DNA of 63,659 nucleotides, filler included, from Trichomonas gallinae (Eukaryota): NCBI GenBank assembly GCA_008369845.1. It is 5 parts of 5 records of this genome, joined end to end, with 100 filler letters (N's around TTAATTAATTAA, not from the genome) between each part and the next. Parts side by side here need not be neighbours in the genome. Positions count along the whole stretch, not along the records: positions 51,413 to 61,310 come from MRSU01000105.1; positions 61,411 to 63,659 come from MRSU01000140.1; 3 more parts are not named here. One strand, 5' to 3'. Shown piece by piece: positions 53,625 to 63,659 of this stretch (position 1 is its first letter; each line of letters starts with the position of its first letter). The notes under the pieces were generated by a model. It saw only the letters and a program-made list of their open reading frames with translations, ran no database searches and was not told where the DNA came from. The position numbers and the translations under genes were made by a program.

Positions 53625-54857
53625 CTATAATCTTTCGAGATATTTTGCTGGAATTAATCTTGTGAGACCAAGTTCATCAATGCATTCGCATGTGTCTCCT
53701 GCTTTAACGACAAGAATTTTCTTGGCTAATGTTGTATCTGGTCCTCGATATTTAGCAAGATATCTTTCGAATTCTGGACGCAGCTCAATATCTTCCTCTG
53801 TTAATGGATACTGTAATGGCTTACTGACATCAATCACTAAATAATGTTTATTTTGTTGAGCAAAAATTAAAATTCTGTCGCCTTTGCGTGCATAAAGCTT
53901 TTCTTCAAATACCAAGTCCTTTATAGCATATGCATATTTGTAATATATTTGTGAAACGTATGTTTCATCTACTTTGAGATATTTCAGAACATTAAAGTTA
54001 ATATCTATGCCTGGGAGGAATTCTGGGATCTTTGTGACTTCATCAGGGCAGTTCCAGACAGGACACGTTTCGATATCTGTTTTCATATCAAATGTATTCA
54101 ATTCGTGAATCAATTCTGTACCTCTTTCATTTATTCTATTTTCAATAGCTTCAAGTTGCTTTTTAAGATGATTTGTAAGGATCTTAAAAGATATTGCGCG
54201 ATTATTTTCAATTTTTTCCATATCTGATAAAAAGATACTGTAAGCTTGATATAACTCGTTATTTTCTGCATTGTACAACTCGAAAATTGATTCCATCTTC
54301 TCTCTAAATGGCTTGTATTCGAATGATTTTGAGTTGAAAATTGATTCATCTTTTTTAACGCTTTTATTCTGATAAAGATGCTCAAGCTCGTTAATTCTAT
54401 CTTGATTTTCAACTTGTATTTCGATTAAATCTTCTCGCGCTCGCTGAAAAATATTAATCGAAGCACTAAGTTTAGAATATGATTCTGAGAACAGTGCTTC
54501 ATAGTCCTTAATTATATTTTCCATTTCTGGTATGTATTGGTTCTCAATAAACTTGAAAAAGTTATTCCAAGCTTTTGTTCCAGCGCAATATGAAGAAACG
54601 AATAAATAAAGAAGATTAGATAAATACTTGATGTCTGTATTTCTATTTTGCAAGTGATCTGCGATAATATGTCTATATTTTTTCGTTGATATGTTAAATT
54701 TATGAGCGGGTTCGAGAAATTCTCTGCATACTTCAATGCATGTATTCATCACTGCTATATTCTCATCCTTCGCAGTTTGAAATTTCTTGATTGCTTCTAA
54801 GCATTTCGTTGTTTTGGTCATTTTTGATTTTTGTAAGATTTGGAAAATATTTGACAT
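53625..54857 (-). CDS. BAR/F-BAR-like coiled-coil protein with degenerate C-terminal SH3-like domains
   Basis: Long helical N-terminal region; C-terminal YAYAIKDL...LYARKGDRILIF and CECIDELGLTRLIPAKYLERL (SH3-like PxxY end). Confidence 0.6.
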   Translation of the reverse strand: MSNIFQILQKSKMTKTTKCLEAIKKFQTAKDENIAVMNTCIEVCREFLEPAHKFNISTKKYRHIIADHLQNRNTDIKYLSNLLYLFVSSYCAGTKAWNNFFKFIENQYIPEMENIIKDYEALFSESYSKLSASINIFQRAREDLIEIQVENQDRINELEHLYQNKSVKKDESIFNSKSFEYKPFREKMESIFELYNAENNELYQAYSIFLSDMEKIENNRAISFKILTNHLKKQLEAIENRINERGTELIHELNTFDMKTDIETCPVWNCPDEVTKIPEFLPGIDINFNVLKYLKVDETYVSQIYYKYAYAIKDLVFEEKLYARKGDRILIFAQQNKHYLVIDVSKPLQYPLTEEDIELRPEFERYLAKYRGPDTTLAKKILVVKAGDTCECIDELGLTRLIPAKYLERL

Positions 54858-56354
54858 TTTTGTGTATACGCTTAAAACATGTAAATAAGATGGTTTATTC
54901 ATATATAAAATGTTTATTACATAAGGTTATTTGCGATACAAAAGTGAATTTTATTCAAATAAGATTTTCGTTATTTTTTAGACATTTGCATAAATATATA
55001 TCTTATGTCTTCAAACTGCTTCTTTTTTCAATACTTAAGTCACGAATAAGTCCTTGAGCGAACAAGAGAATTCGCAAATCCAACTCTAGACATTTGAAAA
55101 TACAGTTTCAATGTGAACATAATAGTTACAGTTTGGAGAACTCTAATGAATATTGTTTTATTCATTTTCAATAATATCAAAGCTCATATTGCATAGTCTT
55201 TAATGCCTAAAATGGGAAAATCACATGTAAAAAATTGCCGCTTTGGTTGCTAATGTCTAGCAAAAGTTAATAAATAAGAAAAAAAAATAATTAGGATTAT
55301 TTGTATTTATGTGTTGTTATAGTAATATGATTGAGGTATACAGATAGTATTATGCATATTATAGGATGAATACTATTCTAAAACATTGAATTAAAATAAT
55401 TATGAAAGTAATAACCTGTTAATCATTTCAAAATATTGAGGTGAACAAAAAGAGCACGTTTCTTTGCATTAATTGAATAGAGCTCATTCATGAAATTTTG
55501 AAAAAATATTAGGAATTGAAGAACAATATAAAGTTCATGATTTTAATATTTCTCAAGTGTAATTTCATAATGATAATACAACCAAGATGTAAATTAAATG
55601 TTTCAGATTTTCATTTTAATTTCTTGTCTAAATATAAAGGCTATCATTAATGTTACAGTAAAATATCATATATTTGAACTTTAACAAATATAATCTAATG
55701 TTGGAAGAGGTGGATTTACTACATTTCCAGTCAAATAATAAAATTAAAATCAAACAATTTCGGGATCATTTGTAACAGTATAATAATTTGTGCGTTCATG
55801 TATTTGCTTGTATTGTGGAGTTAAACGGTCAATTGTACTGTTTTCACAGTCGTGGACAATAGCATTTTTCACAGATCCGGATCCAAAACAATTCTAACCT
55901 TGATAAACTGGCTTACATTTGACCGCCAACCACCATGTTAATTTCCGAACGAAATCAATGAAAAAGACAAAAAATTTGAAGTTTTCGTCAAAAATTGGTT
56001 ATATTGAGGATGCTCTTTTCATTTTTAAAATTATTTTAGAAAAATTGTTCTATTACGGGCGTATAAATACATATCAAACTTTTTGAAAAATTTTTGTTGG
56101 AAAAATTCTTAATTTTTGACCGGAAAAAGGAATTATTATTGATATAGATATTTAATTCAATGTTAATTCAGATTTTGACAATTTACGGGTGTGAGATTTT
56201 ACTGAAACCAATATTACCAAAAATGATTTTCATATTGTATTGGATATTTTTAAATCTAAAAACAATTTTTATTGAGGGCAATTTAATCGTTGAAATCAAT
56301 TCAAATTTCAGAAAAAATTGAATTGATTTGATAAGTTTACATTAATTTTTATTG

Positions 56355-59048
56355 ATGCTTTTGTATTTTATTTTATCTTTCTGTTTGAGAAAGGTGTTTG
56401 TATGCGACCATCACCTAGAACCCCCTGAGGGGTACGAAATGATAGAATATCATACAGAATTTGCCGATATCAATTTAGAAAATAATATTGACACGCATAT
56501 TGATATTAAAGTATGCGCTATCAACAAGTCAGTCAAGAGTTTCAACATACCCAATGCGAAATATATTCAAATAGCATTCAAAAATAACCAAGAATATTAT
56601 TTAGTTTTAGACAAGACAATAGAACAACTTAATCTGACACTTTCTGGGGTTACATTTCACGAGGAAATAACAATTAATGAATTGGAAATGCATAAATCAT
56701 ATTTTGTAGGTTCGCCAAGTATTGTTGCAGTAAACAAGCTAAAATCAGATTTGATATCATGTTTTAATTCGAAAGATATTCATAATAAAGCGAAAGATCT
56801 TACATTGCTGATTTATTCAGAAAATTCAATATCATTATTACCAAAAAATTCAAATTGTTCATTACATTTCGCAACCGACATGCAACTTACAATGAATAAG
56901 AATTTCAATTTGCATTTTTCACAACTAAATTCGAAATATCTAATTTATTTCGTTTTTGAAAAAGATAATACCGAATTTTCATTCATTCCAAGTATAACAG
57001 ATGCAATATATAGCAATAATAAATACACATTTCATATAAAATCGTTAAAAAACAATACTCAAATACAAAACAAAGGTAAATTAGATATCGATAGCAATTC
57101 TACAACATGGTATTTAGAAAATGCTACAATTCCTTACGATTTGCCAGAAGGATCAAATCCAAAAGTCCTTTCTGCATTTAATGGATTTTATTGTCTGTGT
57201 TTTCCATATACATCATATCAATGTCTACCAGAGTTTCAATTATATGATTTTAGTGAATCCCAAATAATTGATTCTCTTGTTCCAAATTTGCATCTTGGTT
57301 TGCAAATTGAAATTGCTGAAACAAATGCAAAATTCCCAGAAATAAATACAAATATGTTCGATAAATGCCAGGTAATAATCAGAAAATGTACAAAATCACC
57401 ATTTTCGCGTGTTTCTTTTAATTCATTAACTTCAAATGATGATTTTATCATTCAATATCTATCTATTACTGAACTGACGGCTACTGTGCTTTCAATTATT
57501 CCATTGACAGTTGAAAAACTTCTATTTAATGATGTAATAATCACATCAGGAGTTTTCAATCCGATTCGTTATCTAGAAATTGATTACAATTCACTTGATG
57601 CGCTCAAGTTTATATCAGAAGAACAAAAAGGTAGGAGTATCGTTATTGATTTTAATGGTGGAGAAAATATTGAGTTCAAAACAGGTTCAGTTGTTGTTAG
57701 CTCGGCCAATGTTAACTATGTTATCACAAATCAGATCGGAGATTTAGTAGAACTTCTAATTAACACATCAAATTTGTATATCAGCTGCGGAACGGAATTA
57801 CTTGATTTCACTCCTAATATAACATTTGTAGATGATGCAAGTGTAGTATTCGGCGATACTTGGGATTTCTATCAGCCATTAAGTAAAATCAAACTTAAAT
57901 CATTTATTAGAACATATGGTTACACCCTCAACATCTCATCCGTCACTCCAAGCTGGCCATCACCATTCTTCGATGTGATTTATCCTGTTTCCGTTTCTAC
58001 AGGCGGAAGATATTGTTTTTACAAATCATTGCCAAGCGGCTGCCCTCAAGACTTCCATAAAATGGAGTACTCCAAGCTAGGCATAGTAAGATTCCACCCG
58101 CACAAAACGCTCAATGATGTTGAAATTTATATAATGCAAAGTTCGGATTTCCAGATGCCATACATAAATTCCCAAAAGTTTCTTAGCCTAAAGAACTGTG
58201 AAACGAGAATCATTGGCCCGGGTTTCCTCAAAATTTTCGTTTCATATGATATGAATCAAATTCCATGCAATTTCTCATTGATAGACATGACAATAATGTT
58301 TGCTGCAACAGATAAAATCATCAAAGTCGCCAAAATCCATGCAATTTCGATTGATAAGAAATCTTTTATTTCGATTTTAGATACTTTTAAGCTTTCTACA
58401 AAGCAACTTACTGTTTACCAAACGCGAATGCACTGGCTTTTCGGGTATATGACTAACTTAAACGAATGCGATGCAATTCTTTCGTATGGAAACACCATTA
58501 GAAAGATCATAATGAGTGGAAACAACTTTTCCATTGAGGATCATTTTAACATTGCTTATAAATTCGAATCATCTTTCAAGAGCGTCAAGATATTAATCGC
58601 TGAAGAAGTTTTTGGCGTTCCAATCAAATTAAGCGTCGATAAGAATGATGCTCAAAGTAACATGTCTCTTCCAAGTATATATTCATATGCTAATTCAGTT
58701 TCATTTTTGTTCACTGATTCTTGCTTCGAAAAGCAAGGCTGGGGTAATTCTAAAATCCAAACAGCAAATGGGACAATTAAATTCATATCAAATAGATATA
58801 CATTGCCGATGTATAATTTCGATATTCCACCTCCTGGTCCAAACATTATATATGATGTCCTGCAGACTCCTACTCCACAGCCAAAGCCTGAAGACATGTC
58901 GATATCAGGGGGAACAATTGCATTGATTGTCGTTGTCGTCGTTTGTGTGATACTCGCATCATTTGGTGTTCTGTATTTTGTTATGAAGAGAAGATCTTAC
59001 ATTGCTAGTACTGATATATTATTCAATAGCTATGCAACTATTAATTAA
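56355..59048 (+). CDS. Type I membrane surface protein (adhesin-like)
   Basis: Signal peptide MLLYFILSFCL, repeated Cys modules (YCLCFPYTSYQCLPE; YCFYKSLPSGCPQD), TPTPQP stalk, TM GGTIALIVVVVVCVILASFGVLYFV-KRR, short tail ending SYATIN. Confidence 0.85.
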   Translation: MLLYFILSFCLRKVFVCDHHLEPPEGYEMIEYHTEFADINLENNIDTHIDIKVCAINKSVKSFNIPNAKYIQIAFKNNQEYYLVLDKTIEQLNLTLSGVTFHEEITINELEMHKSYFVGSPSIVAVNKLKSDLISCFNSKDIHNKAKDLTLLIYSENSISLLPKNSNCSLHFATDMQLTMNKNFNLHFSQLNSKYLIYFVFEKDNTEFSFIPSITDAIYSNNKYTFHIKSLKNNTQIQNKGKLDIDSNSTTWYLENATIPYDLPEGSNPKVLSAFNGFYCLCFPYTSYQCLPEFQLYDFSESQIIDSLVPNLHLGLQIEIAETNAKFPEINTNMFDKCQVIIRKCTKSPFSRVSFNSLTSNDDFIIQYLSITELTATVLSIIPLTVEKLLFNDVIITSGVFNPIRYLEIDYNSLDALKFISEEQKGRSIVIDFNGGENIEFKTGSVVVSSANVNYVITNQIGDLVELLINTSNLYISCGTELLDFTPNITFVDDASVVFGDTWDFYQPLSKIKLKSFIRTYGYTLNISSVTPSWPSPFFDVIYPVSVSTGGRYCFYKSLPSGCPQDFHKMEYSKLGIVRFHPHKTLNDVEIYIMQSSDFQMPYINSQKFLSLKNCETRIIGPGFLKIFVSYDMNQIPCNFSLIDMTIMFAATDKIIKVAKIHAISIDKKSFISILDTFKLSTKQLTVYQTRMHWLFGYMTNLNECDAILSYGNTIRKIIMSGNNFSIEDHFNIAYKFESSFKSVKILIAEEVFGVPIKLSVDKNDAQSNMSLPSIYSYANSVSFLFTDSCFEKQGWGNSKIQTANGTIKFISNRYTLPMYNFDIPPPGPNIIYDVLQTPTPQPKPEDMSISGGTIALIVVVVVCVILASFGVLYFVMKRRSYIASTDILFNSYATIN

Positions 59049-59905
59049 TTTTCGTTTTTGATTTGTTTTGTAAATTTTATTCTATCAAATCTTATTGATC
59101 TTTTGACTATATATCTATGATTCACTACTTTTCGTGTCATTGTTGTGTTTGACACTTCACATGCATATATTTCTCAATAAGAAAATAATTTAGAAATTTT
59201 ATTGCCAAAAGATTCTACACAATATGGGTTTTGGAATTGAAAATGTGAGAATTATATTTTGACTAGGCAACTTGGTAACATAATAAGATATAAAAAAATT
59301 GAATAATATTATTACTTGTAAAAATGGATTTTGTCAAAAATCCAAACACCTGATCTTTTAGGTTGTATTCTTCCAAATTTAAGAGATACAAACTAGAAAA
59401 TATCAATAAATTATAATTGTAAGGGATTCACAGAGTTTGAGACCACATAATTGTTTTTAAAAATAGTGATAGCTGGTTACATTAGATAAATAGCTGAATA
59501 AAATGAAAAAATTATATAGCATGCAAAAATGGATTTTGTTGTTATAATATTGTTTATTCAAAGTAGTAATAGCTTGCTGCATTGGTTAAATATATGGTTA
59601 ATAAATTTGACATATTCGACTTTACAAAAAAACGATTAGCATGTTTACATGAATAATTTGACACTTTACACATTGTTTTTGACAATTTACAATAATATTT
59701 AGAACGAACATAATTATCTCATGAAGCATGATTATCGTAAAGAAAAATTCATTAATAAAAATTTGACACTTAACCAATAATTGCTGTAAACTAATATTTT
59801 CTTCCAAAAGACATATTAATAAAGAAAAAGTTAAGTGGTCGCATTTTGCATTACATTCACAGAAATTTGAGATTGAAAAAGTGGATGAGTGGTCGATAAA
59901 TCTCC

Positions 59906-59910
59906 TCACT
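59906..59910 (+). promoter_or_regulatory. Initiator element (TCACT) of the phosphoglycerate mutase gene
   Basis: TCACTTTTGAACGATG, with TCACT starting 13 nt before ATG 59919. Confidence 0.75.
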
Positions 59911-59918
59911 TTTGAACG

Positions 59919-60674
59919 ATGGCATCCAAGTACACTATCGTCCTCCTCCGCCACGGTGAATCCGAATGGAACCTCGAGAACAAGTTCACAGGCTGGTACG
60001 ATTGCGACCTTTCTGCTAAGGGCCGTGAGGAAGCCAAGTCCGCTGGTGAAGTCCTTAAGGCTGAGGGATTCACATTCGATATCGCTTTCACATCCGTCCT
60101 CAAGCGTGCTATCCGCACACTCTGGATCACACTCGATGGCATGAATCTCATGCACATCCCAGTTATCCGCTCATGGCGTCTTAACGAGCGCCACTACGGT
60201 GCTCTCCAGGGCCTCAACAAGGCTGACACAGCCAAGAAGTACGGTATCGAGAAGGTCAACGAGTGGCGCCGTGCTTTTGCCATCCCACCACCACCACTTG
60301 AGAAGACATCAGAATACTACCCAGGAAACGATGCTCGCTACAAGGACCTCGACCCAGCTTGTCTCCCACTCCACGAGTCCCTCGCTACAACAATCGAGCG
60401 TGTTCTCCCATTCTGGTTCGATCAGATCGTCCCAGCCATCAAGTCCGGCAAGAGAGTTATCGTTGCTGCCCACGGCAACTCCCTCCGTGCTCTCGTCAAG
60501 TACCTCGACAACATGGGTGAGGATGAGATCGTTGCTCTCAACATCCCAACAGCCGTCCCACTCGTCTACGAGCTCGATGAGAACCTCCGCCCAATCTCCC
60601 ACCGCTACCTCGGTGATCAGGAGAAGATCGCTGCTGCCATCAACGCTGTCGCTAACCAGACAAAGGGCAAGTAA
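59919..60674 (+). CDS. gpmA: 2,3-bisphosphoglycerate-dependent phosphoglycerate mutase
   Basis: [63 protein letters not shown]. Strong C-ending codon bias typical of highly expressed genes. Confidence 0.97.
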   Translation: MASKYTIVLLRHGESEWNLENKFTGWYDCDLSAKGREEAKSAGEVLKAEGFTFDIAFTSVLKRAIRTLWITLDGMNLMHIPVIRSWRLNERHYGALQGLNKADTAKKYGIEKVNEWRRAFAIPPPPLEKTSEYYPGNDARYKDLDPACLPLHESLATTIERVLPFWFDQIVPAIKSGKRVIVAAHGNSLRALVKYLDNMGEDEIVALNIPTAVPLVYELDENLRPISHRYLGDQEKIAAAINAVANQTKGK

Positions 60675-60925
60675 ATAAATGGTACTGATTGCTTTTCTTA
60701 TAATCTAATATCTTTTATTTTTATAATTCAAAAAAATTATGATGTTAATTCGTTAATTTTGTTATTAACAATCAATATCAGAAACCCGTGCTTACTAATA
60801 GCATGAGAGAATTTATATGATCGTCGTTATTAAAAAAATATGAAAGTACAGTTTTTGTTAATTTGTTTGAACGAACTTAACACTCATCATATCATATTCA
60901 ATATTGTATAATATTCAATAACATT

Positions 60926-61111
60926 TTGCTGCATTATTTAGGTAAAGCAAAGACAGCATCAAAAGTTTTGAATGGTGCGTCAAAAGCAGTAAAGGCTGCA
61001 AATTATGTTCATTACACTAAAGGATATGCTGATGCTGTGAAAAACGTTGCTCGTGTTGGAAAGATGGCTTATGACTATGCAAATGCAGAAACGGATGATA
61101 ATTATAGATAA
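60926..61111 (+). CDS. Putative small amphipathic basic peptide (no in-frame 5' ATG)
   Basis: Ala/Lys/Val-rich 61-codon frame, GC-richer than its flanks, ending TAAA-cattAATT-T-run. Start codon unclear. Confidence 0.4.
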   Translation: MLHYLGKAKTASKVLNGASKAVKAANYVHYTKGYADAVKNVARVGKMAYDYANAETDDNYR

Positions 61112-61310
61112 ACATTAATTTTTTTATTTTACTAAAAAATCTACGTACTTATCATCGATTCTTCGTTTCTTACCAAAATTGCAGAAATTAAATTCAAAAC
61201 ACTTTCAATCCTTGGGAAATTATTTTCCTTATATTCATTATGATATACAAAATTTACCACAGTAAGTAGGGGAAATTACTATGAATTATGTATTCATTTG
61301 ATATGACAAT

Positions 61311-61410
61311 NNNNNNNNNNNNNNNNNNNNNNNNNNNNNNNNNNNNNNNNNNNNTTAATTAATTAANNNNNNNNNNNNNNNNNNNNNNNNNNNNNNNNNN
61401 NNNNNNNNNN
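61311..61410. other. Artificial contig spacer
   Basis: N44-TTAATTAATTAA-N44. Confidence 0.97.
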
Positions 61411-61446
61411 GAGAATTTCATTATCGGCGAATGACTCGGTCTTTTT
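61411..61446 (+). repeat. 36-nt direct repeat, copy 1 (contig start)
   Basis: GAGAATTTCATTATCGGCGAATGACTCGGTCTTTTT, identical to 63624-63659. Confidence 0.95.
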
Positions 61447-61529
61447 CGCTTTTTCCTTCCCGAATCAGACTTTTATCTTCTAACAGGCAAATATGCGACT
61501 GTTCCAACAAAATCTTTGCTTGGTGCTCT

Positions 61530-62899
61530 TTTTTTTTGGCTGATTCTTTTACTTGTCACTTTTTGCCAGAATATAAATAAAAATTGCCAATGAAGGGTGC
61601 TAGCGTCAATAAATAGAACTCAGAGATATTGGAAACAATATTGTTTCTTACACCGTCCCAGCCGCTGCATCTACAATAGTCAATGGAACAGAAACTTCAT
61701 ATTTTGCAAAAAATTCTGCCGATACGCTTAAATTCTTAACATTCGAATCCCCATCATCTTTAACTAATATTGGACATTACGCATTTCACCAATGCAATAA
61801 ACTTCTTGAAGTGAATTTAATTAATTGCTCGAAACTGATATACATTGGAGTTAGCTCATTTGGATTTTTGATATCATGTGCCAATCTTATTTTTCCCAAT
61901 CCTTCATCCCTTGAAGTCCTTGCAGGAAATGCATTCTGTTCAATAAGTGCGAAAAATTTTAATCTCCCACCATCATTAAGATATATTAATGATGGATTGG
62001 GAGAAGAAGGATGTTTCTCGCGAATTAGAGTCTCAGAGTTTAGATTTAATGATGGATTATTGTATCTTGGGGATATTACATTGGTTTATTCTTTTATATC
62101 AAAGGTTTACCTTCCTTCTTCGCTTAGATATATAAAGTCTCGATCAATTTCATATATTTTTGATCTTAAAGAAATTGTCACAGAAGGAGAGTCTACTGCT
62201 TTCAGTATTGTTGATAATATATTGTATAATGCAGATAAAACCGTATTGTATTCAACTCCAACATTTTATAATGGAGAAATTCGAATTCTTGATGGAGTTT
62301 TAAATTTATCTCGAGCATCACTTTGTTATTCTAATGCAAGATCTGTTATTATTCCAGATTCAGTAATGAATATTGAGAATCAAGTATTTTGGCACTGTTT
62401 AAATTTGATACAAGTAACAATTCCATATTCTTATAATAGTTTTAATTCTTTGATTTTTTCAAATTGCCCTATTTTATCGAAACTTATAATTCGAATGTGT
62501 GTAATCAATGATTTGAAAATGTCTAGTTATCCAATTTCTTCAATCATTATTGGAGAAAAGACGGAAATTATCTCTTCTAATGCTTTTTCGAGCATTTCAA
62601 GATTGAATAACATCATAATCCCTCCAAGTGTACATTCAATCTGTGACTATGCCTTCGCAAATCTGATAAACTTGAAGAAAGTTACAATATTTGGCTCCTC
62701 AAATATTAGTGTCAATAGTACAGCGTTTCATAACACAAATCCTTTATGCGTATTCTGTCATGAATCTCTTCATCACTATCTTAATTCCATTGGGATATCA
62801 ATGCAAGCATTCAAAAACTGTGAACAAACATTTTTATGCGATCACATTTATTCAAGTCGCTATTTCAGCTTCATGATTTTCGTTATAATTTATATATAG
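61530..62899 (+). pseudogene. BspA-like (TpLRR) leucine-rich repeat surface protein with a disrupted 5' end
   Basis: TpLRR motifs (FESPSSLTNIGHYAFHQCNKLLEVNL; VIIPDSVMNIENQVFWHCLNLIQVTIP; IIIPPSVHSICDYAFAN) and GILY-like DNILYNADKTVL. The frame is open from about 61613. An upstream signal-peptide-like FWLILLLVTFC lacks an ATG and is separated by stops and a frameshift. Confidence 0.8.
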
Positions 62900-63005
62900 A
62901 CAATATTTATATACAGTTAATAGAAAAAATAATGATATATCATAGTAAAAACAAAATCTGATTGAAGTAATATTAAGCAAAACATATTAATTTCTATTTT
63001 GTTTA

Positions 63006-63575
63006 TGTTCGAAAATTACGAAAATTTTCAACATCGATTTTGTTCAACAAACTTAACACCAAAAAATGATGATTCAAACTCATACACTGAAGCTTATCAT
63101 ATTGAAAATAATTTTCCCTATAAATGTAACTATGTGATTGAAAGCTCCATTTCACAATCAGTTACTTCAACTTCTAAAAATACATTGGAATTATATCAAG
63201 GTGAAACTTCAGTCATAACTCAGCTATAAATTCTGCATGTTTTAATATTGATGAACACGCAGTGATAAATGATAAATCCAACATTTACAAAACATTTACA
63301 ATGCATAGCAATACCGCAGTATATAAAATAACATGGATTCTCAATGGTAATTTTAAATTTTGCAAGACCAATATTTTAAATGATTACTTCATGTTGACAA
63401 TTGCTGTATATTTGATAACGAGAAACTAAATATGATTTTAGGATTTGCTGGGTCAATAGCTGTCTCAAATTTGGATGATGTTGATATTGCAGAAAATATA
63501 ATACATGAAAAATCACCATTTGTATTACCTCATCTATCAAAATATGAATGTCAGGTTGCCATTGATATTGACTGA
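63006..63575 (+). pseudogene. Degenerate fragment, probably of a multicopy trichomonad hypothetical (beta-helix-like) family
   Basis: MFENY...STNLT...AYHIE...IESSISQS...LELYQG stops at 63229; coding-like text continues in other frames (ILNGNFKFCKTNIL). Confidence 0.4.
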
Positions 63576-63623
63576 GTCAATTGCAGAGTTTCATTATCGG
63601 CGAAACCAAATAACTCAGATGAT

Positions 63624-63659
63624 GAGAATTTCATTATCGGCGAATGACTCGGTCTTTTT
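63624..63659 (+). repeat. 36-nt direct repeat, copy 2 (window end)
   Basis: Identical to 61411-61446. A further 16-nt partial copy, TTTCATTATCGGCGAA, lies at 63589-63604. Confidence 0.95.

Noticed and set aside
59622..60678. Long alternative-frame and antisense ORFs over gpmA (177, 159 and 97 aa)
   Set aside because: Expected by-product of strong codon bias; no protein-like features.
60840..60941. Possible intron joining ATG 60840 to the small peptide ORF
   Set aside because: The GT..AG join is out of phase and there is no ACTAAC branch motif adjacent to the AG.
11153..61410. Recurrent TTAATTAATTAA palindrome inside N runs
   Set aside because: Identical 100-nt artificial six-frame-stop linker; not biological.
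63589..63644. 16-nt repeat with a 24-nt spacer resembling a mini-CRISPR
   Set aside because: Only two adjacent copies, the repeat is too short, the context is eukaryotic and there are no cas genes.

Overview
AT-rich, gene-dense, apparently intron-less eukaryotic DNA, most consistent with a trichomonad (Trichomonas-like parabasalid). Evidence: TCAYT initiator (Inr) or CCTTT (M5) elements just upstream of ATGs, stop codons followed by T-rich tracts, and typical expanded families (ankyrin, BspA-like LRR, Pmp-like, Myb, UBR-box, Upf1-like). The window is five contigs joined by four artificial 100-nt spacers (N44-TTAATTAATTAA-N44), so adjacency across spacers is unproven. It holds about 26 protein-coding genes and several pseudogene fragments. 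Recognisable genes include a UBR/N-recognin E3, a Upf1-like helicase, CEP104-like, TEDC1-like, pelota, CDC50, a TRRAP/Tra1-like pseudokinase, an R2R3-Myb and a cofactor-dependent phosphoglycerate mutase. I saw no rRNA, tRNA, CRISPR array or intact transposon, and no unambiguous new multi-gene system. The best leads are a strongly over-represented intergenic motif TTTACRTGDCA, a divergent SUN-like protein, a TEDC1-like gene, an ATG-less amphipathic peptide ORF, a double-hairpin locus near 45.4 kb, several non-coding palindromes, apparent pseudoenzymes, and a final contig that begins and ends with the same 36 nt. All family calls are by-eye motif recognition, not database searches.
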